From: Lophium mytilinum
Lineage: Eukaryota
Length of the DNA stretch: 64,000 bases
Assembly: GCA_010093605.1 (NCBI GenBank)
Contig: MU004183.1
Coordinates: 558,001 to 622,000 of the forward strand
Direction of reading: 5' to 3'
The notes below the pieces were generated by a model. That model was not told where the DNA came from. It saw nothing but the letters and a program-made list of their open reading frames with translations, and searched no databases. Every line of letters begins with the position of its first letter. Position 1 is the first letter of the stretch. The position numbers and the translations under genes were made by a program. Positions 48,528-60,083 of the stretch are shown in pieces.

Positions 48528-51500
48528 CTAAGCCCGGCCGGTGAGATAGTCTTTGTTTTCTACAGTTACACTCTTGGTCTGTGGAGCATAGTTAGCGGGG
48601 GTTCATGTCACCCGAGAAAGGGAGATGGTTAGCTTACCATATGATTGACCTTATACACACCCACCAACCGAGATGCGAGTTCGAACATGTTGTTTCGCAA
48701 CGAGATAACAATGAATTGCGCATTCTTCGTCCGCTCCTTGATGTAGCTCGCCACAATCGAAACCTGTTCCGGAGAATTAGTAAAACTCGCACAAGACGTC
48801 TCAAAGAGCTACTTACGTTTCGGAAGTCTAACGCGGCGTCTATCTCGTCCATAACATACAACGGCGTCGGCTTGTAGTGATGTAGCGCGAACACCAACGC
48901 CAAACTACTCAACGTCTTCTCTCCGCCGCTGAGATTGGAAATGTTCTTCCAGCTTTTCTTAGGTGGCATAACACTGAAGAGGATTCCCTCGGAAAACGGA
49001 TCTAGTGAGTCAACGAGCTCGAGCTCCGCATTTCCGCCCATGGTGATCATTTGGTACATCTCCTTGAGGCGGAGCGAGATTTGGCTGAACCCTTCCATGA
49101 AGCCCTCCAGGCGCTGTCGTCGATAATCATCACATCGCTTCTTCGCAGTATCACGGGCAGACACTGCCTCAGCAAGGTCCATACTCCGAGTGGCGTGCTC
49201 TTCAACTCGTTTCCGGTACTCAGCCAGAACACCAAGGTCGACGTTGACGTTCTCGTTCTTCGCTTCAAGAGCAGCGATCTCATGCTTGAGGTCATCCTTA
49301 TCCATGTCAAGAAGCTCGTCTTTGGTGTATGTTGGTATGCCGTCCTCCTCTTGCTCCTGCTCTGCGCCGAGATCGCTGGTTTTGTGGAACTTGAGCTTGC
49401 CAAGTTTGTCCTGCCAGAAGTGGAGCTTCTTTTGAGACTCATTCAGATTCTTTTGATGCTCTTCAAGCTTATTCCGCATCTCAATCTCGACGGCGCGGGT
49501 CTCGTTCAGCTCCGCCGTCTTCTGATCAAGCTCGACTTTCACAGCTTGCAATTCCTCTTTCTTGGTATCAAGAGCATCTTGCGCCTCCTCGGCTTGTTTC
49601 TTAGTGCCAGCAGCATCCTTGATTTGTGCCTTCATATCTTCCTCGACTTTGTCAGCTTCGACTGCCATCTTCTCTAGCTCGGCTGTAGCCTCTGCAAAAG
49701 CCTTCTCGTGCTTGACCTTTTGTTTCTCAGCCTTCGATTTGGCAACCTCGGCAGTGGAGACGGCGTCAGACAAAGTGTCGATTTGCTCCTTCAAGCCATC
49801 GACCTTGGCCTTTTGACTTCGAAGCTTGATTCCACCAATCTCCATGATCTTGTCTTGCAAAGTCTTGATCTCATCTTCGACACCGGCGGTTTCCGTATGG
49901 AGCTTGGACACCTCCCTTTCCATGATGGCGATGCTCTTCTCCAGTGACGAAATCCGGCCTTTATCAGACTTCCCTGTCTGTTGCTCCGCGCCCAATTCCT
50001 TGATACGACGCTGAGAATCGGCGATGTTGCGATCAAAGCTCTCAAGTTCCAGCGCCAACTTCTGAGCCTTGATCTCAAGCTTGGGGATCTGATCCGTTAG
50101 GTCTCGGAGGGTAGCTTCTAGCTCTCGCTGATGCTGTTGAAGACTCGAGTATTCTTGTTCCAATGCGTCCCTGTCGACTTCCAACTTCGCAACTTGGTCC
50201 TTGGAAACGTCCGCCGCCAGCTTAGATGACATCCCTCCTCGGGCAACTCGGGTGCCACCACCACTCATGGTACCAGACTTGTCGATGAGTTGTCCATCCA
50301 AGGTCACCACACGCCATCGCTTTGCACCATACGCAATACGATTAGCCTGTTCAAGATTCTTGGCCACTAGTGTGTCCTGGAGGACGCTGTAAAATGCTGG
50401 TCTAAAAACTTCATCCTTTGGCTTGACTAAGTCGAACAGGCGGGGAACATTCTCCGGAGTTTGAATTTCGGACAAGTTTCGTTTTGCGAGCCGGTTGAGA
50501 AGAATGATATTCGCTCGACCAAGGTTGTTCTTTCGGAGGTATTCTATGCATTGCTGTCCAACCTCGACTGTGTCAACAACGATATTGTCGAGGGAAGGGC
50601 AGGCCGTGGAGATTGCGACGTCATATTTCTGATCGATAGCACCGAGATTTCCTAGTCGCCCGTGGAACCCACTAATTCGTCCAGACTCCTTCAAACGCAT
50701 CAGGCCAGTCAACACGTTCCCTTGAGTTTGTGTTGCAGAGAGACTCGCACGAGCCTCGTCGGCTTTCTGCCTGGCTCCGGAGAGCTTTGATTGTAATGCA
50801 GGTTCCTTCTTGGCGACTTCAGAAATATCCGCGTGAACTCGTTGAGCTTCTTTCTCCAGTTGCTTCTTCTCGGACTTGCATTCCTGAAGCTCAGCAGCTT
50901 TGGTAGACTTCGACTCTTCGAGCCCAGCTATCTTAGTTTCAACCTCGGTGATCGCAACCGCCCCGGAGTTCTCTTTTTCACGCAGAATATCCAATTCGCT
51001 CTGAGCTACAGCGATGGCGGATTCCTTCTCATTGACCTTTGCTTTCCATGGCTCCAAAGACTTTTGCTTTTTGGAAATTTCATCAGAGAGACCTTGTGTT
51101 TTTCCTTTGAGGCTCTCCCGGATAGACGCCAATTCCTTCTCTTCAGCCTTCATGCTCTGTTCCAAGTCGGCGATTTCGGTGGAGTCGCGTTCGATGTCAT
51201 CGGTGCGTTGCTTGGCGTGGGTCTCAGATTCCGATACCGAAAATTTGCTGGTTTCAATGGTTTTTTCTAACTTCTTTTGCTTATTTGCCAAGAACTTCTT
51301 CTTCTCCTCAAATTTGACGGTCTCCTTGTCGATCTTCGCTATTTCCTTGATGACAGCCTGGGTTTGCTTTTCGAGCTGCTCATATTGCTTGGTCCCAGTC
51401 TTGTACTGCTTCTCGAGGCTTTTGATTCCTTCTTCGTTTCCATCGTGCTTCCGCAGCTCCTCGTCAAGCTCAGCCTGCATCTGTAATACACTCTCCTGGG

Positions 51501-52878
51501 TGACCTGCACATTGTCGTTGCACTCTTCGATCAAGATCTGATACAAGGCAGACTGTTTGGTAGCCAATTCATTCTCGTCCCGAATGAATGCTAGCGCCTT
51601 ATTCTTCTTGTCCTCGAGGCCGTTCTTCTCTTTCTCAACATGCTGCACTCTGTTGCTCTTCTCCAGGCACACCTCGTTCAACGTTTCAGTCTCTGCAGCT
51701 GATTCCTCGATGGGGGTCTTGTACTTGGATGTTCCAATGATGTCTTCAAGATACTCGAGAAGTCCGTCATCGTGTTCATTGGCTGCTTTTGGCTTCATTT
51801 GCGCGATGGATTCGACCTCACCCTGCAAGATGAGGAATCGTTTGTGGTCCAAATCCACGCCTCGATCGCGGAGGAGTGTGGTGACCTCCTTGTAGTCGGA
51901 GTTTCTGTTGTTGATATAGTACTTGCTTGCGTTGTTTTTGAATGCCTTTCGCGAAATAATCAGCGTAGAGTCCGGGATGACTTCATGGCCTCCTCCGGGG
52001 AGATCCATCACTTCTTGAAAATGGACCTGGACTTCGCAATGATCGAGATCAGGGTACGCGGCTGAGTTGTGGATGAGTGCCGAGATCTTCCCTTGCCGCA
52101 TCTTGCTTGCTCGAAAGCCAAAGACAAAGAGCAGGGAGTCGATAACATTCGATTTTCCAGATCCATTCGGCCCTACAACGGACGAGAACGAGGTGTGAAA
52201 CGGCCCAACCTCTTGTCTCCCAGCATAGCTTTTAAAATTCGTGAGAATCAGATATGTGATTACAATTCGTGATTTTGGTGCAGCAGGCTCCTGCGTCGAT
52301 GGCATAGCCGTTGCCCGTGTCCTCACCACAATATCCATCGGCTTCTCCAGCACCGTTGTACGCGCATCCACCTTTGCGACTTGTGGTGTCTCCGGGACAG
52401 GTATTCGCTCGTTGATAGCATTGTGCTCTGTGATGTCTGCTAACGGCGTTCCCGGGATGTTTGTAGGTTCGGGGGAGACTGAGGGCTTCGGTGTGGGTAG
52501 AATTGGGACTTCTGGCATATCTGGCGCAACGGAGACGCGCATTTTCCGACCTCCTCGGATGCTCTTCCTGGGCGATCTTCCTTTGGTAGGCGACACCGGT
52601 TCTGGTGCCGTAGACTCTGGGCTAAACAGTTGCGTTGGCTCAACGGACTCACTCGCCCTAACCCTCCTCCCGCCTCTGGATGTTCGTGGTGTTGCCGGCT
52701 CCTCTCCAGCCTTCCTTCGGGGCGCTCTCCGGGTGCTCTTGGGCGCTGTTGTGAACTCTTCCTCACTGTCATCGTTGACGGGTGCTTGGTTCTCTTCCTC
52801 GTCGGACGAATCGACTACGGCGGGTTTCCGGCGAGTAGCAGCCGCTCGCATGGATTTTCGAGGCGAGGCGGACGACAT
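48528..52878 (-). CDS. SMC4: Condensin subunit Smc4
   Basis: NFKSY, Walker A GPNGSGKSN, hinge, long coiled coils, LSGGEKT signature, DEIDAALD; two short 3' exons ending ENKDYLTGRA*. Confidence 0.97.
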
Positions 52879-53308
52879 TCTCTGGTCTGTTAGTAGTGTT
52901 ATGGCGGGAGTGCGAAGTAGTGTTGTGGTGTTGTAGTGGGGAAATACTTTGTTTGTTGTGTTTTGACATCAACCGTACCCGGCTAGCGCCAAATCGCGTA
53001 CCAGGGTCTGTGGCGCGTCTCCCTCCGCCACATTATTCAACCTCTTTCCGTCCCGAGATCCTTACAAAGGTAGAACACAGTAGCGCATTCTCCCATCAAC
53101 CTCTAGCAGCAATCACTGTCTCTATAATGTCGCCCAATGCACAAATGAGTGTTCATCGAGCTTTTGCACCTGACGTCAAAGTCATCAAGGTAGAGTTCAA
53201 AGAGTCTATATCTATCAAGTATCTATCTGAATCAGTCACCTCTAGACACGGTGTCTAGCTAACAACACGACCAAAATTTCAAGACTGTTCCGGTATATGA
53301 ACTTTCAT

Positions 53309-54400
53309 TTATGTTGTGCTAACCCAGCCGGCGTCACCTTTAACCTGATGTTTAGTGAAGCTCTCCACATTCGCCGTTATGCTTTCCTTCAGACCCGTGA
53401 AGCCCGCCCCGAAACACTCTTTCAGCACTTCCTCGGCCCGTCCCCGAGGCCTGATGTCCACTTTATCACGTTCCAATCCGAAATTTTTCAAGAAAGTCTT
53501 TTTAGGGTCCAACTCCCTGAAAATAGCGAGGATGTCATCCCAGGTGAAGTCTCCCGCAAAACCATACAGCCTTTCGTTCGTCACACCTGGATCGACCAAG
53601 CCTGCAATGTGGAGTTTCGCCACGTCAACGACATCGATGTACCAGCCGGGTTTGACAAACGCCATAGGAAACTGCACGTCCTCGGTCTTCTGTGCGTTAT
53701 AGAACATCTGCACAAAACCAGCTGTGCTCGGAATTCCTTGCTTCTCGGGATTGAGGATGCCTCCAGTCGTCGTACTTGGTAGAACGGCGTTGACGACAAA
53801 CTTGGGGTCGTTCTCCTTCACCCACTTCCACAGCGCTTGCTCGGCTGCGACTTTGCTGGCAGAATAGATTGTTGCTGGTGCTCTTCCCGTGTCAGACGGG
53901 TCCCACGCCGATTTCACAGCTGCCTCATTCCATGATTCGACGTCGATGTACTCCTCGACATTTGGTTCCGCACTTTTAGTCGCCCAGCTCGAGGAGGTGA
54001 GAACGAAAGCCTCAACGGTAGCACTCTTTTTGGCCGCTTCTAGCGCCGTCGTGATGCTCTGGAGCACTGGTGGTATCACCTCGTTAGGATCTTGGGTGGT
54101 TAAATCCATACAACTCGTCGTGTGCGCGATTCCAGAGACGTCTTTGGCAGCATCGTCGAAACAGCCCGGCACGCGCATGTCGGTGACTTCAACCAGCGAA
54201 AACTTATCCGATCCGTACCGGTCTGAAAAGAAGCTGTCAAGCCAGGCATACTTAGACACACTGCGGACAGACCCTCGAACGCGATATCCCGCCTGAATGA
54301 GCTGATCTGCAAGCTGGGATGCGATTAGGCCATTCACACCTGTGACGAGGACGGTCGAGCCGAGAGGGAGCCTTGGGTTCGAGATCTTGAGGGTACTCAT
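53309..54400 (-). CDS. NAD(P)H-dependent aldehyde reductase II-like extended SDR (Gre2/Ari1 family)
   Basis: VLVTGVNGLIA, VRGSVR, TSS, YSASK catalytic motif, IDVVDVAKLH; single exon from ATG 54400. Confidence 0.9.
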   Translation of the reverse strand: MSTLKISNPRLPLGSTVLVTGVNGLIASQLADQLIQAGYRVRGSVRSVSKYAWLDSFFSDRYGSDKFSLVEVTDMRVPGCFDDAAKDVSGIAHTTSCMDLTTQDPNEVIPPVLQSITTALEAAKKSATVEAFVLTSSSWATKSAEPNVEEYIDVESWNEAAVKSAWDPSDTGRAPATIYSASKVAAEQALWKWVKENDPKFVVNAVLPSTTTGGILNPEKQGIPSTAGFVQMFYNAQKTEDVQFPMAFVKPGWYIDVVDVAKLHIAGLVDPGVTNERLYGFAGDFTWDDILAIFRELDPKKTFLKNFGLERDKVDIRPRGRAEEVLKECFGAGFTGLKESITANVESFTKHQVKGDAGWVSTT

Positions 54401-54904
54401 TTTCAAGGTCCTTTGACGTCGAATTATAGAGTGAAGAGGGGTATCTGGAGGTTAAGTAACTTGATTTTGACGTTGGGATAAGTTGATGATGCCGGACTTT
54501 GTTGAGTCTGCACATATGTAAGCCAATTGTCAAACCTGCAAAGAAGTACACGACATTGCTTACCAATGGATAGAAAGTAAAGTGTTTGGACGAGGAGCTT
54601 GAGGGCTCTTTATACATCTCAACATCCCGGCTCATCGGAGAGCCGTTGCTGACTGCGCCTGTTCCAACCTTTAGTTGCATGAATTAGTCTTTGGCTAGTG
54701 CTCTAAATCGGGCTTAGCTTGGTGATGGACATATATTAAATCCTTCGTCACCGCTCAAAGTCAAGTAAGCATCATTCCTCAAGGGTTCCCAACGACTATT
54801 GGCTACCGCAAATACGCTCACCTCTGTCCCATCTGCTTGGGAACGAGAAATGTTACAACTCCGAGTCTACAAGAACCGACCTAATTCACCATTCACGATT
54901 TTCT

Positions 54905-55100
54905 AACATACAGCGCCTTGTTATACTTATCTATACACGATCTATAATGCTTATAATATCTTATAGTTGCTCTAATGCTTAAGGAGTAATTAAGTATCTT
55001 AAACAGCTAGTAAACTCTTAAGCCTATTATAGACAGCGGCAGAGTAGGTATATATATTTGGAGTGCGCTATATTTTCCCTAATATCTATTAGTACGTTAG
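54905..55100. repeat. Short AT/TpA-rich island, possible RIP-degenerated repeat relic
   Basis: Abrupt drop in GC with dense TA/TAA/TAG against flanking sequence of about 50% GC; no ORF and no clear termini. Confidence 0.4.
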
Positions 55101-55183
55101 GACCCTACAAGCATTGGCAGAGAACTGTAGGGATATCTATGAGATAGCACTATACCCGGATCTCTGAACGGCATCAAATCACC

Positions 55184-56638
55184 CTAAACAGTCGTAGAGA
55201 CGGAGGACTTCGAAGATTCATCAAGCTCCCCGATGCTCGTCCAGTCCTTGACTATGCTCAGGTCCATTATCTTCCCGTCCGCTCCAAATCTATCTTGCGT
55301 GGCATACCAATCGCGTCCAACGGCAGTCTCAGGTCTCCACTTCATCATTTTTTGCAGTCGGGGCTCCATTACTCCTTCGAGAGCGTCCACTGCCAGAACG
55401 CCCACTGCGGGATTCGTCATGAAACCGTGTCCAGAGCCGCCGACTGCGACCATCAGATTTGAGACTTCCGGATGCCGGTCAATCAGAAAGAATCGGTCGG
55501 GCGTATCGGCATCCCAGCAGATTCGTGCAAAACTGAACGGGCGGTCCGCAAGATGAGGTACTACCTCCGCGAGTAATAGCCGCATCCGATGCTCTGCACC
55601 GATGGGGATTTGTTGACGTGCAAAAGGCACAGACCTTACCTCTCGGTCCACCTCCACGAAGTTACAATACCCAGGATGCTCGTCGCATATCTTGATCTCG
55701 TGTTTATCTTCGTCTGGCTCAATAAAAAATCCTCGGTCGACCCCGTACAATACCGGCAAGTCTCTCCAGAGGCGTGCCTCCTTGGTCGACATCGGTAAAT
55801 GCGCGAGCGTCCAGGCCGTTGGTCTAAGGGAAGGTCAACGCAAAGCCTGCTGCGCCAATATAGGGGTCCGTTACCTCAACTGCTTCTTGAAGTCTAGCAG
55901 TTGGTCGCTATAAGCGCCCGCTGCAAGGACTGTATAGTCTGCTTTGTGCTCTGCACCATCGGCAGTCTTCGCACCGCTTACAGTTTTTACATCTTCTGCA
56001 GAGGACGATATAATCAAGGAGTCTACCTTGCCTTGATGCCCTCCAGTCACATATCTGACTCCTAACCGCATAGACTCAGCATACATGGCTTCGAGAGCGC
56101 CTCGAGCAAACACCCATCCAGCACCCTTCTTTTTCCAGTAACCGCGCCACTTAGGAAACGATCCGGTCAGCACTCCCTTTGGCATCGTGTTTTGGAAGTC
56201 ATCTGCAGTGTTGAGAGGGAGTAATTCCGCCTTCTCCTCCGCTGCGTAGTCTAGCACGTGCTTGTAGGCTTCATCTCCGCAGGCGGCCATGATGAAGCCG
56301 GTAGAATGGTAGAATGGTTTCAGAATTATGTCGTTGAGCCATGCATGCATCGACATCTGGTGAATACGGTTCCACGTGTAATTCTCATCGGAGTCGTCCT
56401 CCGATGGCGGATTAGCTGTTGGGCCTCAGTCCTCACTCAATTCCCAAACCATGGGTGGGTTACCCTCTTCAGCAATCTTATTGAGGTCATTTCCCGCAGC
56501 AATTGGGGAAGGGAACTTGGAGGCGTCTAGAACCTTAATGTCCCTATACCCCCGCCGGGCTAGCTGCAGCGCAATTGAGCAGCCCCAGGTGCCACCTCCA
56601 ATAACGAGGATAGATGAGTCGTGGGTAAGTCCATCCAT
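55184..56638 (-). CDS. Fructosyl-amino acid oxidase (amadoriase) / sarcosine oxidase family flavoenzyme
   Basis: GGGTWG FAD motif, AAGNDLNKI, WTLAH, IKICDEHPGY, RICWDADTPD, GGSGHGF; two introns. Confidence 0.88.
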
Positions 56639-56936
56639 TGTGGTTCGAAGAAGAAGCTGATGACTACGCAGGCAAGTTGCTACAGTAGTATGAATAAGGT
56701 ATGAACTAGAGTCGCGGGCGTACACAGTGCAGGTGTTGTGTAACGGGAGTGGCGAATTGAACCTGGCTTCGCCTGGGAGCTGACTAGGCGCTACGCTATA
56801 CCTCATCCGATGTTAGTTCTCTTAGAGTGCTCTCTAGTCCGTTACCCGATTTGATAGTTATTGATGTATACATAGTTCAGACAGCGTGTCGACATGCACT
56901 ATGTAGCGTCCAGAAGAAACGAGCCCCCTCATAGCT

Positions 56937-58052
56937 CTAATGCAACCTCGCCGTATACCTAGCCTCCTCCAAAGCTTTCCTGCCAGCAAACTTCTCGTCA
57001 ATTGAGTACTTTCTCAGCGCTTCTGGAGATCCAAAGAAGTCGTCGACTTCCGCAAGAAGCCCATTGATAGCCGTCATTTCTTCATTCACGACTCCGTTGG
57101 GACAGGTGGCATCTTGCAAAACCCGCGTTAACCTTGAAAGAGTCTGGATCTGAAGGCTGATCGAGTCCAGGGAAGCTTGAATCTCGAAGCCCAATGACTC
57201 TGTCGGATCTTCTACAAACCTGAGACTATCAGATCTATTCCTAAGTGGTGAGTGGTCGGAGTTGACTTACTCGTCTTCGTCATCTGAATTGTATTCCTCC
57301 TCATGCGGGTCTGTAGCGGAGGTTGGTATCATCAAATCACGGTATTGAGCCCTCGCGCAGTCTGCCTTCAAGTCACTTGCTCTATTCGATATTCTCTGCA
57401 TCGTGCGTAGCGCGGTCTCTACGTGTTTTTGTCGGCTAGCATCAATCTCTGTCCATTTCTCCAGTCCGACTTCGTAGGCCCAGATATTCAGACGGAAGGC
57501 ATCTCCATTCATCTGCGCTGCAATGCTGCTGAACGAAAGGCCTTTGGCAGAGTCGGTATCCCCGTCATCCTTGCGAGAGCAAAGCGCACTGACATCGGCC
57601 AACTTAGCTGCGATGATATTGACTTGCGAGCGTAAATCCACGAGTGAAGTTCCTGTCGTTGGAGAGTATGACCTCGGCGGCGAGGAGGGTCGGGAGGGCT
57701 TGTCCTGATGTATCTCAACTTTGATGCTTGGGCGACGCCGGCTACTTGTCCGAATTGGCAGTTCGGTACTTCTAGGTGCAGTCGGAGTCCGAACGTAATA
57801 TCTTTCCTCTTCCCATAGATCGTCACGACGGGATGACTGCTGCGAGTGGTGTTGTCCATATGGGAGATTTGGAACTGTGAGCGAAGGGCCTGCTCGGTGT
57901 CGGCGCTCTCGTCGTGATATCTGGAATTCCCGCTCCCGACGCTCCCTCGCTTGTTGCTGGTCCCAAATGTTACCATGGCCGTGCGATCGAGACCTTCTGA
58001 GATCAGGCTCTCTTTCCGCGGCGAGTTCCTCGGCAGATGAAGCAAATGGCAT
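56937..58052 (-). CDS. Hypothetical protein (about 354 aa): Arg/Ser-rich disordered N-terminus and helical C-terminal domain
   Basis: Two ORFs joined in frame by intron 57220-57270 (GTAAGT..CTGAT..CAG); helical segment with FRLNIWAYEVGL. Confidence 0.75.
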
Positions 58053-58415
58053 GGCTCCGAATGTAGAATATATGCCTCGACAAAGCGAAACCGCGACAAC
58101 GAAGATTCTAGGGAAGCAAGACTTTGAAAGAGATTAAAAGAAGGATCATGCACACTTTTGAGTCTCCGCCCTCCAGCTAGGCAGCCTGCCTGCTGCTTAT
58201 ACATCGCCGTGTGGCTGTTGTGTGGGTGCACAAGGCTGTGCATGGTGCGCGTGGACACCAGTGGCGGTGCTCCGGTGAAGGCACCGAGTTGGGGGCCAAA
58301 ATCAGCTGAGGCACAGCTAAATATTAGGCAAGTGCACGACTCTTCCTCCATCATTTAATTCTGCCTAAACCTGCTCAGGCCGCTTTTTTTCTCTTGAATT
58401 TACTGGATATTCGAC

Positions 58416-60083
58416 ATGGCAGACGTTCTCTCAATTCTAGGCGCTATCGTTACGACCGGTAACATTCTTTGGTCCTTTACCAAACAGGTAGAAAAATGGC
58501 GTCAAATCTCCGACCGACTACTCGATCTGCAAGAAAGCCTACAGGTCGCTGAGCTCACATTGGACAGTTGGCGGCGCAAATACGACGTCCAAGAGCGCCG
58601 GCCGATAGTTTACATGCATGTGCTCTTCGGGAAGCTAGGCTGGGAGCGCATTCAGCAAACACTAGGAGGCATCGGTATAATCTCCAAGACCATTGCTAAA
58701 GAGGTGGACGGTGTTGTCGAGCGGGCGACTAGGGCCAGACCCAGAGGAACGCCAAGAGAGTACTATGACAGAAAGTACGACGAGCATTTAGTTCGCATGT
58801 GTATCGAAAAAATCAGCAAGAACACCGCCTGGACTCGAAAATTCAAGCTAAGCGTATGGGATAAGGCCGGTGATCTGCAAATCGAACTGGAAAGACTCAA
58901 CCGGAAGCTCATTAATCTGGAGCGATTGTCCGATTATTACCTCGAGAAGGAACACCCCGATATCTTTCACAACATCAAGCGACTTCCCGGCAGACGAGTC
59001 ATCCTTCGTGTAGGGGAGTCCCAAATGGACGGCGTCCAGCAGAAGGTCCTCAGTGCACTAGCTGCCCGGAAGGACGCAGAACTCCTCCATCGAGCCAGCG
59101 GCCAAGGTACCCGTTGCCATATTGGCATCAGTGTTCCGCAAATCCACAAACGAGACTTCGCCTTTCTCCTAGCAGGCGGGAGCAGAACACACGAAGTACT
59201 GATCCACCCCATCAAATTCCGTGAAGGGACCGACCGCCAAATGCTTCAACCAAACATGTCCACCGCAGTCCCAGCACTCTTCCAAGATGTCTCTAGGCCA
59301 TGCTACATGCTCCCACCCGCAGCGCCCCTAAGCTCCGGGTTCGAAATCTCAATCCCGCACAGCAACAACCTCGCCGACCTGGAGTACCGCGAACCTCTCA
59401 GTGCGATCCTTAACTCTAATTCCCTCACCCAGCAAGTCGTCCACCCGCAGGATCAAGTCGCCATCGCGTGCGGCCTTATTCAAGGGAGCTTCCGCCTGCT
59501 CGGCAGCCAATGGCTCGACTTCATGGATTCGAAGAACATCCGCTGGCGTCGCAGCGCCGACGCCCGCTGGACGACCATGATGGCCGCCGTACCGGGTGAT
59601 GCACCCACCGCACGCACACTTGCTCAAGTGCTGGACAAGAACAGAGCACGCCGCGACCGCCGCGATCTCACAAAGCACTGTCAAATGTTTAGGCTTGGCC
59701 TCCTTTTGACCGAACTCGCTTTGAAGACACCAATCACGTACATCGAGTTTGACGACCAGACCACTGGCGCGAGGATATTCATCGACAGTATTAGCTCTGG
59801 CCCGCTGGACGCGCACGACGTAGTGGCGGAAGTGGAGACGAGGACGAATACGATGTATGGCAATATTGTGTTCTTTTGCTTGTCGGTGCTACAGGATAGA
59901 GACATGATGGGGAATAAGCAGATTGAGAGTTCCTTCTATAAGGATGCGGTCAAGCAGTGAGTTTCATCACAGTCGGAAATGGGTTAAGCTTTGCTAATTG
60001 TCGTTAGGGCTGAGGAACTTGAGGCCATTATTGGATCGGGGAGGAGGAGGGGATCGAATAGTGATGGTGGGAGTCCGCATTGA
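58416..60083 (+). CDS. Hypothetical protein (about 538 aa): HeLo-like N-terminus plus degenerate kinase-like (DUF7580-type) C-terminus
   Basis: 514-codon ORF plus intron 59957-60007 and a short last exon. Hydrophobic first helix MADVLSILGAIVT, ELTLDSWRRK, C-terminal VAIACGL..LLGSQWL and FRLGLLLTELAL. Confidence 0.8.
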
